Source: a virus
Direction: 5' to 3' (one strand)
Length of the DNA: 64,000 bases
Virus record (IMG/VR): IMGVR_UViG_3300032240_002045
Location: 33,994 to 97,993 of that record
Shown here: positions 46,804-56,693 of the stretch, piece after piece
How the letters are laid out: each line of letters begins with the position of its first letter
Numbering within the stretch: position 1 is the stretch's first letter
Made by a program: the position numbers and the translations under genes
Notes under the pieces: generated by a model
Databases searched by the model: none
Told to the model about the DNA's origin: nothing
The model's input: the letters and a program-made list of their open reading frames with translations, nothing else

Positions 46804-47307
46804 TTATGTATTTTTGATGCCGTAAAGGGTAAGACTTGAATAATCCATAAAACCATTTCCGCTCAAAGTAATTGAGGTAATAGCTGCGGTGTTAGCCCAA
46901 TAGCCAGACCGCATACCCATGTAATGGCTTGTACTGTTGTTCTCCACAGCATGGTCTGCGTAAACGGATTTAAAATTTGAGGTAGCGTAGTTTGGTATAT
47001 AGATTCTTAAATATCCAAAACTGTTTGCAGTTGCAGCACCGTTTCCGGTGATCTCTCCAATATAAAAGAATGAGGTATTAGTCCAAGTATCTGAATATGC
47101 TTGTGTTGATCGAACCATGTAGTATCCAGCGGATGAACCATTAAAGGTCAATAATACGTTATCGTAAAAACCGCTACCGTTCATACGCACAGAGCACTCT
47201 AGAACAAGGTCTGTATACGTTTGAGGAATGCTATTAAATGACTGGTTTGCTGGTTGAGTGTTTCCAGTTACAGTAAGAGATTGAATTTTTGTGTATGTAT
47301 TTGGCAT
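46804..47307 (-). CDS. Tandem paralog family member
   Basis: SIPQTYTDL..AITSITL..LYGI. Confidence 0.8.
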   Translation of the reverse strand: MPNTYTKIQSLTVTGNTQPANQSFNSIPQTYTDLVLECSVRMNGSGFYDNVLLTFNGSSAGYYMVRSTQAYSDTWTNTSFFYIGEITGNGAATANSFGYLRIYIPNYATSNFKSVYADHAVENNSTSHYMGMRSGYWANTAAITSITLSGNGFMDYSSLTLYGIKNT

Positions 47308-47822
47308 TATGCTGCTGTCACCCCATATAGCGTAAAGGTAGAACCAGCAGCTAAGTTTCCACCGTTTGCTGTTTGAACCGTGATTGAAGTTATTGCTGCG
47401 GTAGTCGCTATGGTGCTAATTTGAATTTGTACAGCAAACCCTGTCGCACCAATTGGGTAAGCGCATCGACAAAACACCTGCTTGTTTCCAGAGGTGCTGG
47501 TGTAGTTGAAAAAGTTATACTCTTCCATAGACCAGATGTTAGCGTTGCTTGTTCCAGGTATATACCCACCACGTAAAGAAATTTCCGCGGTAGCCGCTCC
47601 CGCAGCGTTTCCAGACCCCGTTCCTTGAAGATAAATCTTGCTGTATCCGCTTGAAACACCGTTTGCTCGAATCGCGGTTATGTCAGATCCGTTTGTAACA
47701 CGGGCGGACTGAATTAAAACTAAGTCTGTGTAAGTCTGAGGTATGGATGAGAATGTCACAATACCTACAGCGCTTCCTGGAGTTTGAGTTGCTATAGGGG
47801 TATAGGTTGTTTGAGCTGGCAT
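47307..47822 (-). CDS. Tandem paralog family member
   Basis: SIPQTYTDL..AITSIT..LYGV. Confidence 0.8.
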   Translation of the reverse strand: MPAQTTYTPIATQTPGSAVGIVTFSSIPQTYTDLVLIQSARVTNGSDITAIRANGVSSGYSKIYLQGTGSGNAAGAATAEISLRGGYIPGTSNANIWSMEEYNFFNYTSTSGNKQVFCRCAYPIGATGFAVQIQISTIATTAAITSITVQTANGGNLAAGSTFTLYGVTAA

Positions 47823-47831
47823 GTGTCCCTC

Positions 47832-49127
47832 CTACGCAATTCCATAAAGAGCTATTTGAGTAAAGTTTCCAATGTTTTGGGTTCTAGCAGTAAAAGTTAT
47901 GGAGGTAATAGGAGATAGCGACATCCACATACCAGAAGTAAATTGAACAGTACCAGTACCTACAAAATCAAATCCGTACAGCTGAAATACTGTTTTGTTC
48001 TTAGTAATTGCGGAGTAATCTTGTATTTTTAAAATAGAAACTCCAGACTGGTTTCCAGAGTTCAATGTTGCTAACACTGCGTCTGGATAGTTGCTTCGTC
48101 CAGTAGATGTGGCAGATGTTCCAGGTCCAGAAGCTGTTCCATAAAATTGGTGGAAGGTGTAGTTATTTCCAGCATCATTGTTAAAATTCATATCAATTTG
48201 AGTGGATGTACCTGTTCCAGATCGAGCAATACATCTTAACTCTAGGTGCTTATATTGTTGAGGGATGTTGTTAAATGTAAAGGTTGTAGCAGTCCCAGAG
48301 GTCACTGTGTAGGTAGCAATACTTGCATAGCTATTGAATGTTGTAATAGAGGAAGAGTTTGCCGATGCGGAAGTTCCTCTGTCATTTACACTAGATACTT
48401 GATACACATAAGAGGTGTCTACCGCTGTTGGTATAACAATAGGGCTAGAAGCTCCATATGTAGTGGACCCAGCTGGGACTGAAGTAACCGCGTAAGAAGA
48501 AGATTGATCGTTCGTTGCGGGAATAAACGCTACAGAAACAAAACCTGCTTGGTCAGTTACTGAACCAATTGTTGGTGCTACGGGAGTGCCTCCAGCGTAT
48601 TTTTGCCCAATACCGTAGATAGTAATCGTTGTATTAGGTGCCAGATTTGTCACTGTTGTAAATTTAATAGAGGTGATTGGGCGTGTATCCCTATAAAGAC
48701 CGGCTGTAAGCATCATGTAAATTGCCGCACCGTTTGTTTCCGCTCCACCACTTCCATAAGTAGATTTAAACAAGCCACTGCTGTAATTTGATATGTAAAT
48801 ATCCGTACTACCAAAAGTGTTGGCTGTTTGAACATTTGTAGAAAGGTAACCCGCTCTTACATAAGCAGCTCCTATGTCTCTGTAAGAAGCTGTTGATGAC
48901 CCGTCTCCGTACATAACGGTATTTGAGTATTGAAGCGCTCCGGGGTACGGATCATTGTTAAAAGTTACCTGTACGCCTTGCCCATTTGGGTTTGTAGCAC
49001 TAGCTTCTCTTGCGGAAATTAAAACGTATAGGTCGGTGTATCCCTGAGGTATATTATTAAATACAATTGAAGAAGCTCCGCCAGCTCCAACTGTTTGCGT
49101 GTAAATTGGTTGCATGAATACTGACAT
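47832..49127 (-). CDS. Tandem paralog family member (two copies around an FN3-like domain)
   Basis: NIPQGYTDL..IYGI, FN3-like linker, NIPQQYKHL..LYGI; ATG at 49127. Confidence 0.8.
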   Translation of the reverse strand: MSVFMQPIYTQTVGAGGASSIVFNNIPQGYTDLYVLISAREASATNPNGQGVQVTFNNDPYPGALQYSNTVMYGDGSSTASYRDIGAAYVRAGYLSTNVQTANTFGSTDIYISNYSSGLFKSTYGSGGAETNGAAIYMMLTAGLYRDTRPITSIKFTTVTNLAPNTTITIYGIGQKYAGGTPVAPTIGSVTDQAGFVSVAFIPATNDQSSSYAVTSVPAGSTTYGASSPIVIPTAVDTSYVYQVSSVNDRGTSASANSSSITTFNSYASIATYTVTSGTATTFTFNNIPQQYKHLELRCIARSGTGTSTQIDMNFNNDAGNNYTFHQFYGTASGPGTSATSTGRSNYPDAVLATLNSGNQSGVSILKIQDYSAITKNKTVFQLYGFDFVGTGTVQFTSGMWMSLSPITSITFTARTQNIGNFTQIALYGIA

Positions 49128-49128
49128 G

Positions 49129-49671
49129 TTATGAACCCGCCATTGTTGAGTTTGAAATACCGTAAAGGTCAAAACGGGAATTTTGTTTAAATGTATTTCC
49201 TGCGATTGGTGTTAAATCTATTCTTGAAATAGCAGATGTGCTTAACCAAACACTGGTCGCTAAACCTGTTTCACCGCTTCCATTGTTGTCAAATCCGCCT
49301 ATATTTTTTGTTGTTTTGTTTTTGTTTGTCATTGTGTAATCTAAAATATCTACAAGACTTGCTCCAAAACCATTATTTGCGGCAGATGTGTATAGAAATC
49401 TTTGAACAGATACATAGTTATAAGAGCCTGCGCCAAACCCTCCAGAAGCAATTGTAGAACCGTTACCCAGCATTTCATGCCGTGTATAATTAGCCCCGGT
49501 ATCCGAATTAAAATTCATAAAAATTTGACCAGGTCCTCCGGCGTCCGCATAGGAGCACTGTGCGCTTACGCGTAAATGTAAATGCGAAAACGTTTGCGGA
49601 ATACTTGAGAAAGTAACTAAAGATACTCCACCAACCGGTACCAAATAACTTGCAATAGGGTACATACTCAT
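49129..49671 (-). CDS. Tandem paralog family member
   Basis: SIPQTFSHL..AISRIDL..LYGI. Confidence 0.8.
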   Translation of the reverse strand: MSMYPIASYLVPVGGVSLVTFSSIPQTFSHLHLRVSAQCSYADAGGPGQIFMNFNSDTGANYTRHEMLGNGSTIASGGFGAGSYNYVSVQRFLYTSAANNGFGASLVDILDYTMTNKNKTTKNIGGFDNNGSGETGLATSVWLSTSAISRIDLTPIAGNTFKQNSRFDLYGISNSTMAGS

Positions 49672-50219
49672 TGACCAATTCTCCTAACTCCGTATAAATT
49701 AAGTTGAATTGATTGTGTAAGACTGTTTCCGCCAGGGAATAGCATGTCAATTTGGCTTACTGCAGCTGTAGACCTCCAAAGAAAAGTGTTTAACTCTACA
49801 TAACCTGAGTCAATTCCATTGTTAGCAACTTTAAGAATTCCTGTTTTATGGGTAGAAGTATTTGCATAATTTATGATATGCATTTGAAAGGTTGAAGGTA
49901 ATCCTGGTTTTAAGTCAGGAGCGCTTCCAGAAATAATAGTGTTGTTACTGCTTCTACCGCTCGTGTTAGTGCCAGTACCTAAAGAAGATAATGCTGTATT
50001 GCTATAGTTACTTCCACCATCACCGTTTACACGGAACCACCAAGAAGTAGCCGTATACGCCCCACCAACAAGAACCGTACCTGTTAAAAATAAATCTTGA
50101 TAAATCCCAGGAATAGATGTTAAAGAGGTATTACTGCTTCCTGGAGGAAGAGTAACGGATGCAATAGGCACAACGGCACCTTGAGGTGCGCCCGCTGCTG
50201 AGGCTGCAAGAATTGGCAT
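49668..50219 (-). CDS. Tandem paralog family member
   Basis: SIPGIYQDL..WRSTAAVSQI..LYGV. Confidence 0.8.
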   Translation of the reverse strand: MPILAASAAGAPQGAVVPIASVTLPPGSSNTSLTSIPGIYQDLFLTGTVLVGGAYTATSWWFRVNGDGGSNYSNTALSSLGTGTNTSGRSSNNTIISGSAPDLKPGLPSTFQMHIINYANTSTHKTGILKVANNGIDSGYVELNTFLWRSTAAVSQIDMLFPGGNSLTQSIQLNLYGVRRIGQ

Positions 50220-50228
50220 TGTTACCCC

Positions 50229-50849
50229 TTACGCAGTCAAGTCGCCGACTAGAACCCACAGATCACTTGAACGCTTAATCAATGTTGCAAAAGACCATTG
50301 AGCACGAAGCTTTAGCCCTGGGTTAGCGTTAGCGGTAACACCACCAGCTACAGTAAATGATACTTGACCTGCAGATGTTTGAAGCACGTTAATCTGTGTT
50401 CCCACAGCTAACGGCACTGATGCGTTTGTTGGAATAGTTACTACGCAACCACCTGAGTTGCTCAACTCTACAATCTTACCTGCATCTGTTTGAGCTAGTG
50501 TGTATGTAGATCCGCCCTGTGCATTTGTTCCAATATTATAAACAACGTTACCGGTTACGTTAATGCTTCCAGCTTGTATAGCGCCTGTAACTCCAAGAGC
50601 GCCTAGTGTTCCAAGAGTTGTAAGTGATGAGCTAGTTACAGTTCCAGCAAGTGTTGTTCCCGTTAACTGTGAGGCGTCAAATGCACCAATTACATAGTTA
50701 AGGCCTGTCCATGCTGTAGATCCGTTACCAATTTTGCCTTTGTTTGTGTCAGATTCATAGCCAAATTCACCAGCTGCCAAAATAGGGTTTGCAGAAGTCC
50801 ACTGGGCTGCGGTACCGCGTCTAAACTGAAACTGCGTCTGTACGGCCAT
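50229..50849 (-). CDS. Fibre protein with Mtd/hyaluronidase-type N-terminal anchor
   Basis: RRGTAAQWTSANPILAAGEFGYESDT..KIGNG; C-terminal LIKR..W.LVGDL. Confidence 0.8.
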   Translation of the reverse strand: MAVQTQFQFRRGTAAQWTSANPILAAGEFGYESDTNKGKIGNGSTAWTGLNYVIGAFDASQLTGTTLAGTVTSSSLTTLGTLGALGVTGAIQAGSINVTGNVVYNIGTNAQGGSTYTLAQTDAGKIVELSNSGGCVVTIPTNASVPLAVGTQINVLQTSAGQVSFTVAGGVTANANPGLKLRAQWSFATLIKRSSDLWVLVGDLTA

Positions 50850-51253
50850 TAAGGTGTTCCTCCGGAGATCGTTGTTGCGTAGTACGTTGTGAACGGCGTA
50901 CCACCATTATAGGGGGCAATGCTGTCGTATGTTCCGCCATCTACTTCTAAAATTGCACTATTTCCACCACCGCCACCAGCTACTTCTAGCCAGTAGGTGC
51001 TGTAATAAACAAATAATTGACCCGTAAGTGAATCAAACCAAAGAGATCCATTTATAACAGCCGCTCCGGTAGGAGGAGTTTCTGAAACAGAAACGCCGCC
51101 ACCACTTCCGCTACCCGCAACTACCCAAGCAGTTCCTGTATAAACTTTAATAAGGTTGATAGAGGTATTGAAATACATGTCACCAGCTGAAGCAGACCCC
51201 GGGTCAGTAGCCTGTTGAACTAAGTTTAGGGGGGTTAAAAATTTCATTGACAC
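50849..51253 (-). CDS. Small virion protein
   Basis: GDMYFNT..VY.G.W and GSLWFDS..LFVYY repeats. Confidence 0.7.
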   Translation of the reverse strand: MSMKFLTPLNLVQQATDPGSASAGDMYFNTSINLIKVYTGTAWVVAGSGSGGGVSVSETPPTGAAVINGSLWFDSLTGQLFVYYSTYWLEVAGGGGGNSAILEVDGGTYDSIAPYNGGTPFTTYYATTISGGTP

Positions 51254-51267
51254 TTAGGTCCCCCTTA

Positions 51268-52776
51268 TTAACCGATGACTACGACTCGATATGCATTTGC
51301 TAAAGGAGCCGAAGCGAAGTTAATTGTAACAGTGTTTGTTGTAGCACGTAAATTATCTACCATTACTTCAGAACCATCGGCTACTGTGTAAACTTGGACA
51401 ACCACATCAAGTGTGCCAAGGCTGTGAGTAACTGTGTATGAGGTAGCTGAGGTAGAAAGCGTAGTTGAGTACTTGCGAGCTACTACTGTGGCATCAACAG
51501 AGATTGTGTTAGCTCCAACAACGATACCGTTACCCGCACCGATTGCAAAACCACTACCGTCTGTAGCCGCACCTGAATTAGTAGCAAGCTTGATGGAAGC
51601 GCCACCTGAAGCTGTTTGCAAACCACCTGTTGAAAGTGGGGCAAAGGTAAAGTTAGAACCTGTAAGAAGAACACCATTAGATGCTGTGTAGGTTCCAGCT
51701 CCAGAGAACTGTGTAAATGTAAGGGCGGTAGTTCCTAAGGTAATTGGGTCGTTTGTAGTAAGAACATAACCAGTATCCGCGTTGGCTGTACCTTCGGCAA
51801 TAAATACAAACATTCCCGCGGTAACTTCAGCACTAACATCGGCATCAATTGCGCGGGTAGGTGTACCTGTTGCGTTTACTGTATAGATACCATTTTCAGC
51901 GCCAGAAGCCTGGTTCTTAATAAGGATACGGTCGCCAGTTGCAAGGGTAACTCCGTCAATAACAGAGCCGTTAGCAAATGATGTTGCAAGTGTTCCCGCT
52001 ACAGCGGTGGCTGCGCGTACAGATTGCTTTACATCAAGGCCTTGTGCCGTTGAGTCTACGTAGGCCTTAGTTGCGGCATCTTGTGCAGATGTTGGGTCAG
52101 CAAGACCTGTGATCTTCTGTGCGTTAAACGCAACAGCAGAAGTTGGTACGCCAAAAGCACTAAGTGCAAAACCGCTAGGTGCAAAACCGTGAACGTGGTC
52201 ATCCTTGGCGGGAGCTGTTCCTGTTCCATTTGCTGCGGTTGTTGTAGAGATATTTGTTGCAGCATTTGATGAAAGAGCGGGGGTACCGTGGGTGTGATCA
52301 GAACGAGCTACTGTAGTGGCAGAGCCATCAGCTTTTGTAAGACCGTAGGTTGTTGTTCCTGTTGATGTTGCAAACCCGGGACCAGCGTGTGTGTGATCTG
52401 CTCGAGCGTAGTTAGTTGAAGACCCGTCTGCGGATGCTCCAGAGATAGTTAATGCTGTGCTTGCGGAAGAGCCAAATGCATTTACTTGCTGCCAGACAGA
52501 GCCATTTGAATAGTACTGAAGATAGTTATCTGTGGCGTAGTAGAAAGTGCCGGAGTTTGCAGTTGCTGCTGCTGGGCGTGCCGATAGCAGGCCTGTAGAC
52601 ATGCCGTCAGATTGACGCCAAGCTGTACCATTCCATGTTAAGAGCTCATTTACAGTTGTGTCAAAGTAAATCTGACCCAATACTGGAGAAGACGGAGCAC
52701 TAGCAAGGTTTTGAATAACCGCGTTTTGCAGTTCGTTCTTGACTAGGTCAATCGACGTTAAAAATTTACGTGCCAT
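51268..52776 (-). CDS. Fibre-like structural protein
   Basis: Three ARxDHxH-type repeats; DAATKAYVD; DGVTL..GDRILIKNQ..ENGIY. Confidence 0.8.
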   Translation of the reverse strand: MARKFLTSIDLVKNELQNAVIQNLASAPSSPVLGQIYFDTTVNELLTWNGTAWRQSDGMSTGLLSARPAAATANSGTFYYATDNYLQYYSNGSVWQQVNAFGSSASTALTISGASADGSSTNYARADHTHAGPGFATSTGTTTYGLTKADGSATTVARSDHTHGTPALSSNAATNISTTTAANGTGTAPAKDDHVHGFAPSGFALSAFGVPTSAVAFNAQKITGLADPTSAQDAATKAYVDSTAQGLDVKQSVRAATAVAGTLATSFANGSVIDGVTLATGDRILIKNQASGAENGIYTVNATGTPTRAIDADVSAEVTAGMFVFIAEGTANADTGYVLTTNDPITLGTTALTFTQFSGAGTYTASNGVLLTGSNFTFAPLSTGGLQTASGGASIKLATNSGAATDGSGFAIGAGNGIVVGANTISVDATVVARKYSTTLSTSATSYTVTHSLGTLDVVVQVYTVADGSEVMVDNLRATTNTVTINFASAPLANAYRVVVIG

Positions 52777-52787
52777 TTATCTTCTCC

Positions 52788-53087
52788 TCATGAAAGATAC
52801 GCATTTCCGCTGAATGCACCGGTAAAAGTTATCGTTAGAACGTTTACGCTCGTATAGGTTATTTCACCCTCTACGGTCGATCCGCCCGAGTCCTGAACAG
52901 TCACGTTTGGTAACCAGCCTAGATTATGAGTTATAACCCATGATGAAGCGGGAACACCTTGTACATGATGATACGCGACCGGGGCGTTGTTTACGCGCCC
53001 AACTGAAATTTCGTTTACATTTACAATAGGACCCGAAGAAGGGGTTACCTGAACAACAACTTGCCCGTTTACTGGTATGACTGCCAT
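52788..53087 (-). CDS. Small virion protein
   Basis: W.ITHNLG..P.V.V.D..G..FSG.AYL motif. Confidence 0.7.
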   Translation of the reverse strand: MAVIPVNGQVVVQVTPSSGPIVNVNEISVGRVNNAPVAYHHVQGVPASSWVITHNLGWLPNVTVQDSGGSTVEGEITYTSVNVLTITFTGAFSGNAYLS

Positions 53088-53088
53088 G

Positions 53089-54147
53089 TTAGTCCAATGT
53101 TACCTGTTGAGTGACAAATACTTGCCCTCTAACATAGGTTTGCTCGAAGGTAGGGTCTACAGCACTTGTTGCTTGCAGATCCCAAAAAGCGCGTGCTGGT
53201 AGATACGCCGTGGCTGAAGGGTCAAGGGTAAGACGGATACGGCCATTAACTGCGTCAAATTTAGCAATAGAAAAGGTTGCATAAAGTGCCGGAGCATTTG
53301 GGTATGTTCGTATCTGTGCTTTAAAAGTAATGTCAGTGACATCAAATGGAAAATCAAATTCGCCTGACCAAGAGTCCCCTTGATACAAAGCTATGTCGTA
53401 CACACCCGCGTAGCTTGGCGCCGGTTTGCGACCCTTGAGATCATTTTGAATATAGACACGCTCTGGCTTGCGGGAGTCATCCATTTCTTGAGCTAGGTAA
53501 ATAGGCACAAGCTTGTTAGTAAGGCGGCTAACGCGGCGCAGGGTACCCATTTCAATACGCCATAGTCCGATGTTAAGCGCAGAAGATAACTGCTTGTACT
53601 GCTCCATGCGCTGTTGAATAATTTGTGAAAGTTGTCGGTAGCGCTCAGAACGCGGAATTGACACGCCATCTGGTGCTTGAATATCAATGTCAAATGCGGC
53701 GTCTGTAGCAAGAGCCCATAGAGCCTCAATAGTTGCCAAAATAGCCAGTGGGTACTCTTCAACGGCTGGCAACATATACAAGTTCATCTGCGTACCAAAG
53801 CCATCTGTACGCTCGTTTGTATGCTGTTCTACGGCTGTATTAATGAACTTAGTAAGGTCCGCGTCTGTAAAGTAGCGGTAAGAGGTTCCAACAATTTTAA
53901 TAATTTGACCACTAGGTGGGGCTGTTACAAAATGGAATACGCCTAAGTCTTTTTCAACCGTGTAATACGTAGGCTGTAGTTGAGCCACATTGTTTACTGT
54001 TACAACAAGTGTGGTGTCCTCAAGTGGCTTAATTTTTGTATCAAAGTCTTTAGTTACGCCATCGCCAGTAAATGTGGAGGTGAACTGTTTAGGCATATCA
54101 CCTAGCTCTAGGCGAACCCTAGAAACAAGATCTGACAAAACCGCCAC
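53089..54147 (-). CDS. Head-tail adaptor/neck protein
   Basis: RVRLELGD..YFTDADL adaptor signature; near the capsid gene. Confidence 0.65.
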   Translation of the reverse strand: MAVLSDLVSRVRLELGDMPKQFTSTFTGDGVTKDFDTKIKPLEDTTLVVTVNNVAQLQPTYYTVEKDLGVFHFVTAPPSGQIIKIVGTSYRYFTDADLTKFINTAVEQHTNERTDGFGTQMNLYMLPAVEEYPLAILATIEALWALATDAAFDIDIQAPDGVSIPRSERYRQLSQIIQQRMEQYKQLSSALNIGLWRIEMGTLRRVSRLTNKLVPIYLAQEMDDSRKPERVYIQNDLKGRKPAPSYAGVYDIALYQGDSWSGEFDFPFDVTDITFKAQIRTYPNAPALYATFSIAKFDAVNGRIRLTLDPSATAYLPARAFWDLQATSAVDPTFEQTYVRGQVFVTQQVTLD

Positions 54148-54202
54148 TTATAGCTCCTAACGTACGACTAAATGGTCGCAGTTTTCTAGTTAAAAATCTC
54201 TA

Positions 54203-54248
54203 CAAACGAAGAAGCGGACCCAACAAGGATCCGCCGCTCCGATTCGTT
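54203..54248 (-). terminator. Terminator-like hairpin
   Basis: GCGGATCC-TTGTT-GGGTCCGC-TTCTTCGTTTG. Confidence 0.55.
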
Positions 54249-54253
54249 ACTGG

Positions 54254-54616
54254 TTATAGAACGCCAGCTAGATAGCCCTTTTCCTTAAGGTGCTGAGCTA
54301 CTGCCTTAGAAACAATGTACTTCTGTCCTGCTTTAAATGTGTAATTGTTTCCCGCGCCAAGTGTCATGTTTTCAATGTCTTCAATTACTCGAATCTCAGA
54401 AGTTTCGTTAGCAGAACCTACTGTGATAGCTTCATCTACGATTACTGTTTGACGATCTGGAATAGTTGCGTCGATTGCTTCATTAAGCTTTGCTTGAGAA
54501 GTGGCTGTTGCCATTGACATTTGTCCTGCACGTTCGTTTAGCGCATCCATGTTTTCAGCAATCTGCGCTTCACGTGAGCGACCAGTTACGTCGGTCGGCT
54601 TTACTTTACTTGCCAT
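54254..54616 (-). CDS. Hypothetical head-associated protein
   Basis: GGAGG RBS; directly after the capsid gene. Confidence 0.7.
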   Translation of the reverse strand: MASKVKPTDVTGRSREAQIAENMDALNERAGQMSMATATSQAKLNEAIDATIPDRQTVIVDEAITVGSANETSEIRVIEDIENMTLGAGNNYTFKAGQKYIVSKAVAQHLKEKGYLAGVL

Positions 54617-54691
54617 TTAGATCCTCCGGTTTAGTGTCTGATGTTTGTGTTGGGCGGGGGCTTTGACACCCCCGCCGCAACTATTAAGTTA

Positions 54692-55762
54692 TTAGTTTGT
54701 TTCTGCAATAACAACAGCCTGGTCAGTGATTAGACCAAGACCGAAGATTGAGTACCAAGCAAGAGCGTGCTCACGACCGAAGTCCAAGATACCGCCATCG
54801 CGTAGTTCAACAGGAAGTGAGATAGCGTGACCGAATGCGTTGTCTCCAATGAATAGAGCTGCATAACGATCTGATCCGCCGTTACCTGTCTTTGTTGCTG
54901 GTGTTGTGTAACCTCCACCAGGAGTTACTGTTGGGTTAGCAACAGCTGTATCAGCTGTGTATGAAGCACCGGCTCCACCAACAACCTTAAGAACCTGTGT
55001 TGTTTCGATGAATACGCAGTCGTACAAACGACCGATTTCACCTAGCATGAAGTTTCCTGGGGCTGCGTACTTAGTTACTTCGATGAACTCTGGGTTGTCA
55101 CGAAGCTTACGAGATTGGTGAGGGTGAACGAATGCAACATATGTCTCACCCAAGCGAGGGATGTTCTTTGTTGATAGTGTCTCAACTGCATCCTTAACTG
55201 TGTGAGTTGTCATGTTGTATGCGCCTGTCATAGCAGCACGGTTTGCAGCTGTTGTTCCATCTGCGTACCAGTTGTTTACAGCTGAAAGAGCTGAGCGGTC
55301 TTCACCGTAAATTGTTGATGTTGCTGCGTAGAGTGTGTCGCGTGAAAGCTGATCTAGGTAGACCGCCATGTTACGACCAAGAAGACGTGAAGCTGATGCC
55401 ATTACGTCATCGAATGAAGCGTTGAGCAATAGCTCTGAAACAGCAAGAGCATAACCATGCTCTGATACTGTGATTGAGAACTGCTGTGCTGTTAGTGCGT
55501 TTGTCTGCATACGTACACCTTCAACTAGGCTATTTGCAAAGCCCAAGTTGTTGTAACGCATGAAGTTGATCTGAAGACCAGGTGCAACACCTAGTTCTGT
55601 CTTCTTTACCGCGAACTGCTCAAAGCGCAAGATTGGCATGGCCTGGAAAAGAATTTCCTTTGACCAAATAGTCTGGATCGCTTGAGTCAGCTGGGTATTT
55701 GTACCTGAGTACGCTGTAGGTGCGGCTGCGAGTGAGCCGGTTCCTGTAATACCTGATGCCAT
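54692..55762 (-). CDS. Major capsid protein (N4-gp56-like)
   Basis: INFMRY..LVEGV, EHG, YVAFVHP, GEIGRLY...FIET and DFGR...AWY. Confidence 0.9.
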   Translation of the reverse strand: MASGITGTGSLAAAPTAYSGTNTQLTQAIQTIWSKEILFQAMPILRFEQFAVKKTELGVAPGLQINFMRYNNLGFANSLVEGVRMQTNALTAQQFSITVSEHGYALAVSELLLNASFDDVMASASRLLGRNMAVYLDQLSRDTLYAATSTIYGEDRSALSAVNNWYADGTTAANRAAMTGAYNMTTHTVKDAVETLSTKNIPRLGETYVAFVHPHQSRKLRDNPEFIEVTKYAAPGNFMLGEIGRLYDCVFIETTQVLKVVGGAGASYTADTAVANPTVTPGGGYTTPATKTGNGGSDRYAALFIGDNAFGHAISLPVELRDGGILDFGREHALAWYSIFGLGLITDQAVVIAETN

Positions 55763-55798
55763 TTAAATTGACTCCTTGTTGGTTTGGTTGGGTTGTTA

Positions 55799-56578
55799 CT
55801 ATCCGAACATGCCTGAGGCTTTGCCTCGGGCTTGTGGACTCAACAGACGATCTCTATATTTGGCGTATTCGTTCTGGGACATTGCCGCAATTTCTTGTGG
55901 CGTAAAGTTACGTTGTTCCGAATTAGTTTCCAATGGTCCGGCTGGTGGCAAGGTCGCCCTTGTTCCAGTCATTTCTTTTCTTGCATTCTGCATTGCAGAT
56001 TGCGCTGATTCCAAAATCTTTGCTGAGCGCTCTTTCAAACTTTTCACACTTGCTAAAATCTCTTCGCGGGTGTTACCTGCAATAAGATCAACTAGTTCGG
56101 GAATGATTGCTTCGCGTTCAGTTTCGAGCACTTGCTGGCGATAAGCCTGTAAGTCTGCATATGTCTTTTCGCGCTCCAGAAGAGCGAAGGCTCGTTCACG
56201 TTCAGAACGCTCACGCTCCAACTGCTCCTGCAATTCTCTTGTCTTAAGCTCTGCGTAAGATTTTGCGTCTAGTTCAGACTCTTCCGCTTCCTTAATACGA
56301 AGTGCTTCAGCTTGCGCTTCTGCATTTCTACGAACTGCTTCTTCTTCTTTTTCTTTACGTAGTGAGTTAAGCTCTTCCTTCAATGAATCAATTTCAGGGT
56401 AGAGCTTTGACTTCTCCTGAGAACGGACTTTAGCTAGGTCATCTTCAGTATAAAACTTCTGATTACTAACTGGTTCCGTAGTAGTAACAGTAGGCGCGTC
56501 AACGCCCGACACATTTACGACTGGAGCCGTACCGGCTTCGCCTTCAAAGGCTGATGCCATATTTTCTGCAGTTTCCAT
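55799..56578 (-). CDS. Scaffolding protein
   Basis: Charged coiled coil between portal and capsid genes; I.AMS..EY...R tail. Confidence 0.8.
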   Translation of the reverse strand: METAENMASAFEGEAGTAPVVNVSGVDAPTVTTTEPVSNQKFYTEDDLAKVRSQEKSKLYPEIDSLKEELNSLRKEKEEEAVRRNAEAQAEALRIKEAEESELDAKSYAELKTRELQEQLERERSERERAFALLEREKTYADLQAYRQQVLETEREAIIPELVDLIAGNTREEILASVKSLKERSAKILESAQSAMQNARKEMTGTRATLPPAGPLETNSEQRNFTPQEIAAMSQNEYAKYRDRLLSPQARGKASGMFG

Positions 56579-56693
56579 TGCTTATATCCTTAGTCCTAGG
56601 GGTCGTTGTCCGAAGTGAGAGCACGTATGACCTAACAGTTGTTTCTATATTGAATTTTGCCTTACACCACTGAAAAACAAGTGCTAAACGCCT

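Noticed and set aside
36189-50849. Diversity-generating retroelement or invertible shufflon
   Set aside because: No reverse transcriptase or invertase, and no near-identical template/variable repeat pair or inverted cassettes seen; paralogs are deeply diverged
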